Part shown: one piece after another, positions 27,919 to 42,467 of the stretch | Position numbering within the stretch: position 1 is the stretch's first letter | Layout: every line of letters begins with the position of its first letter | Origin: the human T2T-CHM13v2.0 reference genome, Homo sapiens | Reading direction: 5' to 3' | DNA length: 64,000 nucleotides | NCBI GenBank assembly: GCA_009914755.4 | Contig: CP068257.2 | Span: 20,192,001 to 20,256,000 of the forward strand | Program-made: the position numbers and the translations under genes | Notes under the pieces: model-generated | Seen by the model: only the letters and a program-made list of their open reading frames with translations | What the model was told of the DNA's origin: nothing | Database searches by the model: none

Positions 27919-28220
27919 GCCGGGCACGGTGGCTCACGCCTGTAATCCCAGCACTTTGGGAGGCTGAGGTGGGTGGATCACAAGGTCAGGAGTTCCAGAC
28001 CAGCCTGGCCAAGATGGTGAAACCCCGTCTCTACTAAAAATACAAAAATTAGCCAGGCACTGTGGCAGGCACCTGTAATCCGAGCTACTCGGGAGACTGA
28101 GGTGGATAATTGCTTGAACCCGGGAGGCAGAGGTTGCAGTGAGCCAAGATGTTGCCACTGCACTCCAGCCTGGGAGACGGAGTGAGACTCTGTCTCAAAA
28201 ATAAAATAAAATAAAAAGAA
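27919..28220 (+). mobile_element. Alu (AluS-like) with (AAAT)n-type tail
   Basis: gccgggcacggtggctcacgcctgtaatcccagcactttgggaggctgaggtgggtggatcacaaggtcaggagttc...gagactctgtctcaaaaataaaataaaataaaaag. Confidence 0.92.
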
Positions 28221-28776
28221 ATACAACTGACAAAGTAAATGGGGTGATATTTGATTAAGAGTCTGGAAATCTCCTTAAGGTGTTTCCACTTTATTAGGTA
28301 TCGTGATTCTTTAATGATTTTCATTAAGAGACCGATGTGATTGTAACAAGGTTTTCACAAGATCTGTGCATTGTTTGTAAAAAGAATGCAACAAAGGATA
28401 GAGAAAATGTTGAGGAAACAGCTTTCTCTTGAATCATCCAGGATATGAATGGGGATAGTGGTAGTAAGAGTAGATGAAAAGATTATTAGAAATAAATGTT
28501 GGAAATGGAGAACTACAATATTGAGTGCCAGTTGGGTGAGATAAATGAAGAAGAACACCGAATAAAAGTTAATTAAGTGGGTTTTAATTTTGCTTGAGAG
28601 ATAATGGGCAAGGCATGAACAGAAATTAACAAATCAGAAAAAAATCAGTTTGGGACATATTGATATAAATTGGTCAGCTTTAGGATATTTAGTGTGTCTA
28701 TGTTTCTATGATAATGAATGAGAGGAGAAAAACATATCATTTATGTATCTGAGAGTTATCAATAAAAAAAAATTTA

Positions 28777-29187
<411 letters not shown>

Positions 29188-29704
29188 CTATCAGCATCCC
29201 AGTCAAAAATCTTACTGATTTTGAAATTTATTACATCTAATTATGGCATCCTTTTTTTTTTCACAGTTAAACAAGTTGTTAAAAGCTGGCTTTCCTCACT
29301 CTAATAAATGTAACAAAACAGCAAGGGCCACTGCCACATCCATTCTTTCTTCTCTCCTAAGTATAGAACTTGCTTTCCCTTTGGCATTAATAGCCTCCCC
29401 CTACACCCCCGCAAAAATTTCTGCAACTTTCTTTGCAGCAGCTAGTGTCATGTAACACAATTTTTTACCAATAAGATAAAGGAAGATGTTCCTGGGAGCC
29501 TTTTAAGGGGAATGTATTGATTTGACATGAGCCTCATTTGTGTTTTACCATCTTTCTTACGAAATATCAACTTTATGGCTGGATTTCTGGCTGCCACCTT
29601 TCAAATATAAAAATGAGGATATAACAAATGAACAGATGCAAATGATGGTAAAAGGGACTGATTTGCTTTGAAAGTATCTTGATGCCACAGCATCCATCCT
29701 AGAT

Positions 29705-31130
29705 TTCCTTTTTAAAATTTTTCTAAATATGCTTTTTGGTTACATGTATGTTTCCTTTAGAAAAGCGTCTGTTCATGTCCTTTGCCCATTTTGGATTTTT
29801 TTATTGTAAATTTGTTTAAGTTCCTTATAAATGCTAGACACTAGACTTTGTTATATACAAAGATTGCAAATATTTTCTCCCATGCTGTAGGTTGTCTGTT
29901 TACTCTGTCAATAGTTTTCTTTTGCTGTGCAGAAGCTCTTAAGTTTAATTAGAACCCATTTGTTGATTTTTGCTTTTGTTGCAATTGCTCTTGGCATCTT
30001 CATCATGAGATTTTTGCACATTGCTAAGTCCTGAATTGTATTGCTTAGGTTGTCTTCTACCGTTTTTATAGCTTTGGGTGTTATAGTTTTTAATCCATCT
30101 TGAGTTGATTTTTGTATATGGTGTAAGGAAGGGTCCAGTTTCAATTTTCTGCATATGGCTAGCCAGTCACCCAAGCACCATTTCTTCAACAGAAACTTTT
30201 TTCTGCATTGCTTGTTTTTGTCAGCTTTGTTGAAGAGCAGATGGTTGTAGGTGGGCAGCCTTATTTCCGGGCTCTGTATTCTGTTCCATTGTTCTATGTG
30301 TCTGTTTATGTGCCAGTACAATGCTGTTTTTGTTACTGTAGCCCTGTAGTATAATTTGAAGTCTGATAACATTAAGTTTCAGAAGAAAAGCTCAATATCA
30401 CTGATCATTAGAGAAATGCAAATCAAAACCACAGTGAGATACCATCTCATACCAGTCACAATGGCTATTATTAAAAAGAACAGATACTGGCGAGGTTACA
30501 GAGAAAAGGGAACACTTGTACACTGTTGATGAGAGTTTTCATAAGTTCAAACATTGTGGAAAGCAGTGTGGCAATTAATCAAAGGGCTAAAAACAGAAAA
30601 TTCGACCTAGCAATCCCATTACTGAGTATATACCCAAAGGAATATAAATCATTCTTCCATAAAGACACACACACGCATATGTTCATTGCAGCACTATTCA
30701 AAATAACAAAGGTGTGGAATCAACCTAATGCCATCAGTGCTGATTGGATAAAGAAAACGTGGGACATATGCACCATGGACTACTTCACAACCATAGAAAA
30801 GAAGGAGATCATGTCCTATGCAGGAACATGGATGGAGCTGGAGGTCATTATCCTTAGCAAACTAATGTGGAAACAGGAAACCAAATAATGCATGTTTTCA
30901 CTTATAAGTGGGAGCTAAATGATGAGAACACTTGGATACAAAGAGGGAACAACAGCCACTGAGGCCAACTTGAGGACAGAGAGTGGGAGGAAGGTGAGGA
31001 TCAGAAAAATACTAGGCTTAATACTCAAGTGATGAAATAATCTGTAAAACAAACCCCCATAACATGCATTTACCTGTATAACAAATCTGCATATGTATTC
31101 TTGAACCTAAAATAAAAGTAAAAAAAAAAA
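29705..31130 (+). mobile_element. older primate L1 with 5' inversion (twin-primed): inverted ORF2 segment 29705-30372 (minus), direct ORF2 C-terminus plus 3'UTR plus A-tail 30378-31130 (plus)
   Basis: The minus-strand ORF 29908-30372 reads ...[78 protein letters not shown]...[19 protein letters not shown], which is L1 ORF2. The plus-strand ORF 30526-30888 reads [46 protein letters not shown]...IMSYAGTWMELEVIILSKLMWKQETK, which is the ORF2 C-terminus. The direct part starts at agaaatgcaaatcaaaaccacagtgagataccatctcatacc and ends ttgaacctaaaataaaagtaaaaaaaaaaa. Both breakpoints map to the same L1 position near ...gaaaaaatgctc... Confidence 0.8.
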
Positions 31131-31152
31131 TGAAGTTCCTACAAATAAAACA

Positions 31153-31465
31153 ATTTTTAAACATGGATGGAAATGGAGGCCATTATCCATTGCAGACTAA
31201 TGCAAGAACAGAAAACCAAATATCTCATGTTCTCACTTATAAGTGGGAGCTACATGATGAGAACACATGGACACGTAGAGGGAAAAAACACACACAGGGG
31301 CCTATTGGCAGGTGGAAGGTGGGAGGAGGGAGAGGATCAGGAAAATAACTAATGGGTACTGACTTTAAACTTGGGTGATGAAATAATCTGTACAACAAAT
31401 CCCCATGACAAATGTTTACCTATGTAACAAATCTGTGCTTGTACACCTGAACTTAAAAGTTAAAA
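31153..31465 (+). mobile_element. second L1 3' end fragment directly downstream of the previous L1 poly-A
   Basis: acatggatggaaatggaggccattatccattgcagactaatgcaagaacagaaaaccaaatatctcatgttctcacttataagtgggagctacatgatgagaacacatggacacgtagagggaaaaaacacacacaggggcctattggcaggtggaaggtgggaggagggagaggatcaggaaaataactaatgggtactg...acctgaacttaaaagttaaaac. The ORF fragments MDGNGGHYPLQTNARTENQISHVLTYKWEL support this. Confidence 0.8.
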
Positions 31466-33058
31466 CAATTATGTAAACCACTGTTTTCTCTTAGCTAAGT
31501 TCAATTCCTAATTGATAAAATTAACTCAATGTGTTTTTGACCCTATCTTAGTCAATCTGAATATGCAGACTCTATATCATTATGGGCAATGTGTACATTT
31601 CAAGGGAAAGGAATGTTGGTGTACCACACTGAGCTGCATAATCAATGTGGCTTAACAATGTGTTAAACTAGGTGTAGATTTTAAAGAAAGGTGTGGTTTT
31701 TAGATGACAGGTGTATTTATGACGGTAGTATTACTTCAGTTTCTGTTCCAATTGTCTTATGTTGGTAGGAGCAAACATGAATTCCATCCTAGCAACCACA
31801 GCATCAATTACAGGTACCAGCTGAGAAAGCATAACATCCTAAAGTTCCTTGATTTTATATTCCTATCATGCTGGGCTACTGTGCTGTGAAATGCATGCAG
31901 ATCTATTAGGGGGTGATAAAAAGCAACATGATTAACAGGTGATTTATATCCTTTGAGATTGACGGCATATAGAGAATAGTGACAAATGGGGGATCTAGTT
32001 GGATTGAGACAGATTATATTAAAAATAAAAAGCCTGATTACTTATCTTGTGTAATTCATCATTCTTACCTTCATCAGTTATCTCCCCTTCTCCCTGCACA
32101 GTAACCAGCGATGCTAACTCCCACCCTCACTCCCAAAAAAGTACATGCTTGACTTACATGACTTATACTATTAGAGAAAATTCAGGTTTTACTGTTCAGG
32201 AACATGTAAAAGTCCCCAAATTATACTCTGCAAATGATGATATTATAAAAATATTCAAATTGTATGGGGGAATTTAAAAAGTCCAACTCATATTGCAAGT
32301 GCATTTGCCTTATCCATTCAAAACCCCAGTCAAACATAACTAGGAGCTGATATATCAATGCTTCATACAATCCAGGTGAAAAAATTATCTGACTTTTATT
32401 TAAAAATGTGCAAAAATAATAAAATTCAGATTTTTGAACACCATACTAGACCGACTGTATCAGCATATTTAGAGGTGGTAACTAAACATTTTAAATTAAA
32501 GTAAAACAAAATGAAGACTCTTTTAGTTGGTCTTGGATTTTTAGAAACAATAATAGCTATGTAATAAACTTTTTTAGTATTTCAAAATTTGGGCACCTTT
32601 GCATTTTCACCATTACATAAAAATTCATTAGTTTAATATTGTCATGAAGTCTTTTCCAAATACTTCAAAATCTTATTTTAAAACTAAGTAATTTTGCAAT
32701 AATTAACACTCTTCAGTCTCATATAGTAAAACTCGTGAGCATAATTATCAGCATCAGCAATTTCTAAAAATTTGTTAAGCTTACTTTTAAGCATCTGATC
32801 AATTCAGCATATTCTCTTCAAACATTCCAAGCAAATTGATTTTTACTATTTTTTTAATAAATGGTATTCAAAATTTTAAGATTGTATTTAAATTGTCAGA
32901 AATGAGGGCAATAATGCAAACTCTCAAAGGATATAGAATCTCATAAGCACAAATGAATCTATTTTAATGATGGTTAGTTGGTGGAGGCTTCAGATGATTT
33001 CAGTTGTGTTGTTATCTCTGTTGTCTGCATGACCTAATAGCAGAAGAACTTCACTGTG

Positions 33059-33309
33059 AGAGAAGAAAAGAAGGAAGGAAAGAAGGAAGGCAGAGAAAGG
33101 AAGAGAGAAAGAAAGAAAGAGAGAGAGCGAAAAAAGAAGAAAAAAAGAAGCAAAAGAAAGAAAGAGAAAGAAAAAGAAAGAAAGAAAGGAAAGAAAAGGA
33201 AGGAAAGAAAGGAAAGAAAAAGAAAGAAAAAGAGAAAGAAAGAAAAAGAGAAGAGAGAAATAAAGAGAGAAAGGAAGGAAGGGAAAGAAAGAAAAGAAAA
33301 GAAAGAAAA
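33059..33309. repeat. purine-rich (GAAA)n/(GGAA)n/(GA)n low-complexity tract, about 250 bp
   Basis: agaagaaaagaaggaaggaaagaaggaaggcagagaaaggaagagagaaagaaagaaagagagag...gaaagaaaagaaaagaaagaaaa. This is pure homopurine on the plus strand apart from rare c and t bases. It produces the spurious K/E/R-rich ORFs 33004-33321 and 33056-33316 and the F/S/L-rich ORF 33034-33426. Confidence 0.92.
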
Positions 33310-36300
33310 CTTATGACCTAAGGAACATGCTTTCTGACTGGGAATTGGATTCCACAACTCAACCGCATCATCTGCCTGCTGGTCATCAGAACCCACAGGA
33401 GTTGGGTAAAGAAAATAACTCACCATCCTCGATATAAACCTAAGAATTTATGTGTATTCCTCAGAGATGCACCTGCAGAGTGGGTTGGAACATTTACAAT
33501 TCATAACATGCCATTGTTCATACTGGTAATCAAACCAGTTTAACTGCTGAAGAATAAGATCACCACAATCATTATCAAAGATGCAAATAAACAGAAAATT
33601 AGAATGACAGTAATACTCTGTCAAGAGGTTCCATGGTAATATGATTTGTTGTAATACAGCAATTCCTGTATCACATCTTGTGATGTTTTCATGAACCAGT
33701 TCTAAAAAGAATTTAATATGCAAATATGCCAGCAGAATTGAGAATACAGCACATACCTAGTGTTTAATTTTAAATATGAATGAAGCATAATATCTTCATG
33801 TTTAATTCTGTTATAATTTTGGGGGTTTATATTTCCACATTCAATTTTTATGTTTCTTCTTTTTGTTATTAACATACAGATACGAGAGCAATTTCCTGAA
33901 GAATAACTTTCAAGGCTTCTCCCTTGACAAAGATAAAGTTGTTATTACAGGGCATGACTAAAGTAATCTCCTCTCTGTTGATTCACTAGCACACAATGTG
34001 ATTTTCTCTTAAAATTTTTATCAAGATTATTTATGCACAATACGGGCTTAACAACCCATAGTGATAAGTGAAAATACAAAAGTGCATTTTACCATGAACA
34101 TATAAAGGTGTTAAACTTATTTCAAGGTACATCAATAATTTATTTAAGGCAATCTTCATAAAGTTAGGACACTAGTTTTGTTTTTATTGTTCTGCAAAAC
34201 TGCTTGTCTAAAACTCATTTTTAAAAGATAATGTAGGAGTTTTAATGGAAACATACAAGTGGATTATTTAATTTATTTTTAATTAGTGTACTTACTATTC
34301 TCATGTCTTATGATGTAGATTAATCTTTCTCTTTATATATACCTGATACATGTTTCCTGAGTAAACTTACAGAGATTATTTACGCTCTGGTGTATGTTGC
34401 CACACACGGGTGTAGGAAAATATTCTTGATCACTCTATTATTTTGTTAATGATTATAATATAAATGGTCATTAACTTTGGTACCGAACACTAGGTTAATG
34501 ATGTTCAGATATTCCTTTTATAGTTCCAGTTCAAAGTCTAGTTTATAAGAAAAGAGTTTTAACATAAACAAGGTCATTGAAGTCAGTGCTTCTTGGTGAT
34601 GAAATTGAGATTAAATCATGCTATTTACACATCAAAAGCCTGATTAACATAAAATGCCTGTAACAATTACACAGCCCAGGCACACAGATCAACTCATGAA
34701 TCAACATAAACTACTTTTATCAGAACCACTAACATTTTAGGAGTTGTGAATTTATCACTGATTTACTTTTTTAAGAAATTTCAAGTATGACAGTCAAAAA
34801 CCCTTAAATTTCTAATTTACAAGGCAGTTGAACATAGTCACTAGAAATTAAGAGCAAATGCATCAAACTTCTCTGTCTACCACAAATACATTCTTCTTCC
34901 TTTTATATATGTACTCTTTAGGGTCACCAGTGGAGTCTTCTCAATTCCCAGTCCCCTTCCGTGAAATCAAAACCTTCCTTCCTATTCGGAGTATCAGTGA
35001 CAATTTTATCTCTATCCTCTATTTAACCTCTCTCACATTGTAGCTAGTGCAGACCTGTTTTTTTTCCTAAGCTATAGTAAAGTTGTTTGTACTTTCACTT
35101 TGCCACAGAATTTACACTTGCACTGTTATTACCAACTACTCTAAAAATAGAATTGAGAACCTGCTATGAGTCAGAGGTTTTAGGTCATTTCCCATCCTCT
35201 AACGGTGTCCTGTTTTAGCCTAGGAATGGGAAAATGGAATAGTGGATATTATCAGCTTCTAATCTCTAACTTAGATATTCTCACCTCTCAAAACACACAC
35301 ACACACACTTACAATTGGTCCCATTTCTCCATGGTTGGGTCCAAGGAAGTAACATTAGAGAAATTCCTCATGACCACACGGGAGGCATATGTGGGATCTG
35401 TCATTGGCCTGGTGGGTGATTAGAGCTGTTTCTTTCTCTCACATACACTTTTATGGCTTTCACAGATGTCCCATCCCCTGAACGTTCAACAGATAGCCTC
35501 TTGGTAAGAAAGCTGTTTTTGTTTTTTCGGGGTAAACGGTTTACAATCTCTTTCTATAAATATTCTTTCTAATACAGTCAGCTTGCACAGCAAACTCATA
35601 GAGCTCTCCCCTACTCCCAAACAACCTCCCCTCACCTCTTAATTCTTACTAACTTTTGCTGAGGTGATGGGATAAGGGTACTAGCGCTGGTTTGTAGCAT
35701 GTATTTGCAAGTCCTGTATCAGTTCATTCCTTAGGCAACACTGGGCATTTGTTCACTGCCAGGAAGTATTCTGACCACTGAAAATGAACAAAAGAAAAAA
35801 ATCTGCCATCATTGGGCTTAAAAACTTTTTTAAAAGACTCAAATATATAATGATTTACATGATGCTAATTGCTAAGGAAGAAAAATAAGTAGAAAAGGCA
35901 ATATGAAGTATGTATGTGTTGGTGGATGGAGTTGAACTTTTAAACAGCATTTCCAGAGCAAGTCTCCCTGAGAGAGTGAATTTGACTGGAGATCTAAAGA
36001 GGAGAGAGGGGATAATATTTCCAGAAAAAGTGATCAACCTGTTCAAAGGGCCATGAAGCAAGAGCACACCTAGATGTCTAAGAAGCATGCAGAATCCACA
36101 GCCAAGAGAGTAGAATGAAATGGGTTAAGGCGGCAAAGAGAGGTAAAGTGGGGAGGACCAAGAAGTGCCATGTGCCACTCATAGGACTTGTGGGTTCTAA
36201 GCACTCTTGGATTTTTACCCTAAGGAGATAAGAGGCCACCGGAGGGTTTTGAGCAAGGGATGGGAATAAACTTGTTTGTTATGCCTTATTTTGGTCACTA

Positions 36301-37632
36301 TGATTGCTGTGCTAAAACTACTGTGAAAAGGGCAAGGGCAGGAATATGGAAATCAGTTACTAGATTCTTGCAATTACCTGGCAAGAGGTAATGTGACTTG
36401 TACCAGGATGGTGGCAATGCAGTTGTTGAGAAGTCAAGTTTGGTATGTATCTAGAAAGTAAAGTCAATCTTATTCACTGGAAACTAGATGTGGGTGAGAA
36501 AGAGAAGAGTCAAGGAAACCAAGTTTTGTGGCTTTAGCAAATAGAATAAGGGGGCAAAATCTCAGGAGCTGAGATGTGAAGATTGCGGGAGCAGGCTTAA
36601 GAGTAGGAGGGGTGGGATCATATGAATTTTTAGATGTGGATTATGGTTGTATCTACAGGTGTCAGGTAAGATGTTAAATACATGAACCTGGAAGTCAGTA
36701 GATAAGTCATCACCTCAATTTTTTTCCACCAAATGTTTGATTTCCAACATATGGATTGCAACAAAAATAGAGAACAGTCATTGTACATATTCTAATCTAA
36801 TGCCTTGTACCATGTACATTGTCTCATTTGATTGTAAACTAAAAGAATTCCACGGCTATTATTTCCCCAATGTAACAAGTTAGGAGAAGGAGACTAAAAT
36901 TTTATAGTTATTTTGTCATTTTAGATAATAGATAAAATCACTTACTGTATGTTTCTGAGAACATTAATGGTTAAAAATCAAGGTTCTAGTTAGAGCAACT
37001 CATGCCATTTTGAAGATCAAAAAGTCTTTTAAAGAACACAACTTATGTTCTAGCTTTTCTCTTAAATGAGATATCTTTTCTTTGTCTGGGCCCCAAGTGC
37101 CTCTACATTTCTAAGATGTATGATATACATTTGTCTGTGTTTCCAGATTTCCCAGACTTCATGACACCCTGTTCACACAAATACAAAAGCTCAAAGTCAG
37201 ACAACTCTTATCTTGATTCCTCAAAATCATCTACAAAGAACTTCTTCAGAGGAGGGTGTTTTGGCTTCTCCAGAGTGCTTAGGAGCTTCTAGATTTTGGA
37301 AGACGCTCTGACCCACTCATTCATGGAACAACTTTCATGGGAAGGGCAGAGGAGCACAGAGGCCAAGACACACCCTACCCTCTGGAGAAGTGGACACAGG
37401 TTTGAGGTCTGAGGACAAGTAGCATGACCACATCAGAATTTACAAACACAGCGATGTGCCAGCCCCATCAATCATTTTAGACTTAATTTATTTAACAAGT
37501 ACTTATTGAATGCCTTCCAGGAAATAAGACTTGTGCTAAGCTAGCAGTTTTTGAAATGGTCCAGGGACCCCAGGAGTGTCTAAGATGCTTTCAGGGGGTT
37601 CATGAGATTAAGACTATTCCATGGTAATATTA

Positions 37633-37963
<331 letters not shown>

Positions 37964-39984
37964 CTAAGAAATTTCACTTTCATATGAACCATGACACTGA
38001 TTTAACAACTTCTCCCAAATGACACGGATCTTTTAATTATTTTTTTTCCTTGGGAGTTATATTTTTAAATTTATTTTGTATACTATAAGACATATATTCA
38101 ATAAAATCTTCCCTACTTTAAATTGTATATTAATAATTAATAAGCTTTGGATTCCAAAAAACAACCTTCAAAGTATAATAGATTATATATATACCACGTG
38201 CTTCCTGATGTTAAGTGAAGGAAATGCTTATTCTGCAGCTGGGCTTTGTGGGGCTGGCTTGGACCAAAGTTTTCGTGTCTCCCTCTTTCCAGGAACCAGG
38301 ATGAAGGAGCGGCTACTATATTGAGCAAAGTACTGTCCTAGTTGAGGGCAGAAGCTGGAAGGGGAGAAGGATGAGGAAAGGATCCTAACTATACAGTGCA
38401 CTTAAAGTTCCAATTTGAATGTGGTTTATGATGTGTCTGTTTACATTCAGTTGAGAGAATAAAATCCAATTCATATTTATCTCTTGGTCTAAAATGCAAA
38501 TGAATAAGTTAAAAAGCAATTATATTTCAGTCACACATATTCCATTTATACTGAATGAGTCAGCTGAGGTTTACATCCATTCTATATTCTTCAGCAGTTG
38601 CTTTAGTCATTTTTATGGTATGACCCTGTATTTATGTCCCGCCAGATAGCGCTTTTTCTAGATGTGATGATCCTTGGCACGTTGTCAGCTGAGGAATACT
38701 GTCATGTATTCGTGGTTGCCAAGAGGTTTTTTCACAAACAGAAAGGGCCACAGAATCCAAAAAAGCAAATAAGCTATTGAAGTTTATAACATAAAGTAAG
38801 TTAAACAAATTGGATATGAACTTCTCACAGAAGAAATCTCTTGATTTTTTATATAGATGTGTACAATAGTTTCTCACCCTTCTGAGAGAGATTCTAAAAC
38901 TTTTCATCTCTGAGATAAAGAAAAAAAACAAATCATGCCAGGGAATGAAACCATGCTTTTAAAGTCAGCATGATTACATTTTTTTAAGGTACTACTGTGA
39001 GGGGGAAAAGTCATTGGAACAAGAAGCAGAACTTGATTTTTTGGATGTGCAGGAAGGGAATTCTTTCTGTTTCAAAGTTAAATCAGGAAAGATAAGCTGA
39101 GAATACTTTGCTTTGCTCTATAATTTAGGTATAACCAGATTTACTCAAAAATTAGGCGGGGATATTTTTTGAGGGAGTAAAGAAAATTGTACTTGGTGAT
39201 TAATTAATATAATCCAATTGTATATTACTTCATTTCAAAATTATTTAAGAAGCATGTTATACCATCAAAGTCTCCATCCAAAATACATTTAACCAGTGGT
39301 TACTCAGCCTCCCCAACCCTAAGTTCACTTTAAAGTAGGTTTTATCTGAGATCCAGGACACATATTCTGGATATGTGTATCTGTATGTACACATACACAT
39401 GCATACATTAATGTATGTGCATATTCAAAGATGCTTACATACATGTCATACACATGTGACATACATATGCATATATGTCATATATACTTACATGCATGAA
39501 ACAAACATTTCATGAAACTGTAATTACTATGTTTTACTCTGTTATTTCTGTTCTGTTTAATTTTTTAAAATTACATAGTAAATATATTTTATGACTCACC
39601 AATTCGCAAAGCACTGTTTTAAACCGTTTGTTTCACCTTTTGGTTATAAATAAAGACACACACAAAAACTGCTTTAGAGAGAATACAAATGTATTAATTA
39701 ATATTTGATATCTCAGGAAGGGCCAGAGAATCAGTTTTGGAGTTTACACAACCAGAGCTTACACTCAAACCATACGATGGAACAACTGTTCATAGGACCC
39801 TTCATGGCTGTTGCTGGGCACAACCGCTGTTTGTGTCACAGACACTGGACACTGTAAGCTGCCTTTGAAAGATCTGGCTCTGCTGACACTGAAGACACAT
39901 AGGAGGGCACCATTTCTTGATATCTCAAGTTTATGAATAAAGGCTCGAGCAATATTTCTGATCGTTGGGGCTTGTATTAGCTTC

Positions 39985-40360
39985 AGCTGCCAAAACAACA
40001 TACTACACACTGAGCAACTTATACAACAGATATTTAATTTTTCACAGTTTTAGGAGGTGGAAGTAAAAAATTCAGGTGCCTGCAAGGCTAGTCTGATGAG
40101 ATCTCTCTTCCAGGCGTGCAGGCGGCCACCTTCTCTCTGTGTCCTCACATGGCCTTTCTTCTACGAGTATGCTGAGTAAGGAAGAGAGCTCTGGTGACTC
40201 TTCTTACAAAGACACTAGTCCTATGGAGTGAAGGCCCAACCTTCATGACCTTATTTAACCTTAATTATCTCCTTAAGGGGCATACATCCAAATACAGTCA
40301 TATTGGCAGTTAGGGCTTCGGCATATGAATCTTAGAGGGACACAATTCAGTCTATAACAA
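39985..40360 (+). mobile_element. MaLR LTR (MLT1/MST-like solo LTR)
   Basis: gctgccaaaacaacatactacacactgagcaacttatacaacagatatttaatttttcacagttttaggaggtggaagt...ccaccttctctctgtgtcctcacatggcc...tacaaagacactagtcctatggagtgaaggcccaaccttcatgaccttatttaaccttaattatctccttaagg...catattggcagttagggcttcggcatatgaatcttagagggacacaattcagtctataaca matches the MaLR consensus from 5' end to 3' end. Confidence 0.75.
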
Positions 40361-42164
40361 GGCTCATGTCACATGTCTGAATATTGCCTGATGCAAGCCT
40401 CAGAAGATGATTTTCTGGTGAGTTTCTACCTGGGTGAGGCACATACTATCAATATGGTCAATTTCACAAACATAGGAAACATATATAAACCTTTTGGACC
40501 ACCAAAAAGTGTGATAAATGTCATCTGCACTGTAAAACAAGGAAAATCTGCCCCATATTTATAAATCTTCACAGTAAAAGATTTTCCAATTTGGAAATCT
40601 ACAACAATAAGAAAACCACAAATTAATTGAAAAATATAATATAGCACACATTATCGATTTGACTAAAAGATTTAATCCTGTGTACACTGTTACATATTTT
40701 TCATAGATATTTTCAATAATTCATTCTAGTTAATGCTTTATTTAAAACAATGGGAGACAGTCTAATTTGACGTATGATAAAGAATATATTCTCCTGATGA
40801 CATGTATTATGTCACCCTAAATTACTTAAGACATCTGCCAAATCAATAATAATTCAGTTAATCTGGCAAACACATAACAAATAAAAACAATTATACACTT
40901 GAAAATTATGTTGACTCCTTTTCCTTTTTATAAATAACAAATTAAATTCTCTGTTAAGACATTTGTTTAACACTGATAGTCTTAATGCAAGTTACTTTTA
41001 CAGATAACATGGTAATATTTTCAAAAAATTGGAAAATGGTGTCGTAAATTACACATTATTATTATAGAGCCTCAACATCACTTGGTGATTTATAAAATTG
41101 ACCTTGTCAATATTCATAAAAGTGGTGTAAATTATGTCTGATAAAAACATAACAATCCACATAAGCCTGATGTTTAGCTTCTCATATGCATGACATAGGC
41201 TTGATTAGGAGAGCAATTTTGTCACTTTTTTTTAAATTAATTTTTATGGGTACATAGTAGATGTATATGCTTATGGGATATATGAGATATTATGATATAG
41301 GCATACAATGTGTAATAATCACATCAGTGTAAGTGGAGTGTCCATCACCTCAAGCATGTATCATTTCTTTGTACTACAAATGTTCTAATTATACACTTTT
41401 ATTTTTAAATGTACAATAAATTATTTCTGACTACAGTCATCCTGTTGTGCTATCAAATACTGGATCTTGTTAATTCTATCAACTATACTTTTGTACCCAT
41501 TAACCATCCCCATTCCTCACTCCCCTCTACCCCTCCCAGCCTCTGGTAACTATCATTCTACTTTCTACCTCCACGAATTCAATTGTTTTAATTTTAACAC
41601 CCACAGATGAGTGAGAACATGTGAAGTTTGTCTTTCTGTCCCTGGCTTATTTCACTTAAATCATGTCCTCCATTTCCATCCATGTTGTTGGAAATGACAG
41701 GATTGCATTCTGTTTTACGACTGAATACTATTTCATTGTATATATGTTCCACGTTTTCTTTGTACATTTGTCTGTTGATGGACACAGGTTGATTCCAAAT
41801 CTTGGCTATTGTGAATAGTGCTGCAATAAACACGGGAGAGCAGTTATCTTTTCAATACACTGATTTCTTTTCTTTTGGGTGTATGCCTAGCGGTGGGACT
41901 TCCGGGTTACAAAATAGTGCTATTTTTATTTTTCTGAGGAACCTCCATACTCTTCTCCATGCAGATATACTAATTTACGTTCCCACCAAGTTTATGAGAG
42001 TTCTCATTTCTTCATATTCTCACCAGCATTTGTTATTGCTAGTCTTCTGGATAAAAGCCATTTTAACTGGAGTGCAGTATATGTCATTGTAGTTTTGATT
42101 TGCATTTATCTGATAAGCAATGATTTTGAGCACCAACTCATGTACTTGTTTGCCATTTGTATGT

Positions 42165-42467
42165 CTTTTTTTTTTTTTGAGACGGAGCCACACTCTGTCG
42201 CCTAGGCTGGAGTGCAGCGAACATCATCTGTCTTGGCTCACTACAACCTCCGTCTCCCAGGTTCAAGGGATTCTCCTGCCTCAGCCTCCCCAGTAGCTGG
42301 GATTATAGGCACACGCCACCATGTCCAGCTAATTTTTTGTACTTTTTAGTAGAGACAAGATTTCACCAGGTTGGCCAGGCTGTTCTCGAACTCTTGACCT
42401 CAGGTAATCCACCAGCCTCTGCCTCCCAAAGTGCTGGGATTACAGGTGTGAGCCACCGTGCCCGGCC
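42165..42467 (-). mobile_element. Alu nested in L1 ORF2
   Basis: tttttttttttttgagacggagccacactctgtcgcctaggctggagtgcagcgaacatc...ctcccaaagtgctgggattacaggtgtgagccaccgtgcccggcc. It interrupts the L1 sequence tttgccatttgtatgtc/ttcttttgagaaatgtc, and short duplicated L1 bases flank it. Confidence 0.92.

Noticed and set aside
33004-33426. Overlapping ORFs encoding K/E/R-rich (105 and 86 aa) and F/S/L-rich (130 aa) peptides
   Set aside because: These are artefacts of translating the (GAAA)n/(GGAA)n purine tract and its complement. They have no start or stop context of biological meaning.
35880-36700. Moderately GC-rich stretch with ancient-repeat-like vocabulary (ggtaaagtggggaggaccaagaag..., gtgggtgagaaagagaagagtcaaggaaaccaag...)
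   Set aside because: It probably belongs to an ancient L2, MER or DNA-transposon family, but I cannot match it to a consensus from memory. RepeatMasker would settle it.
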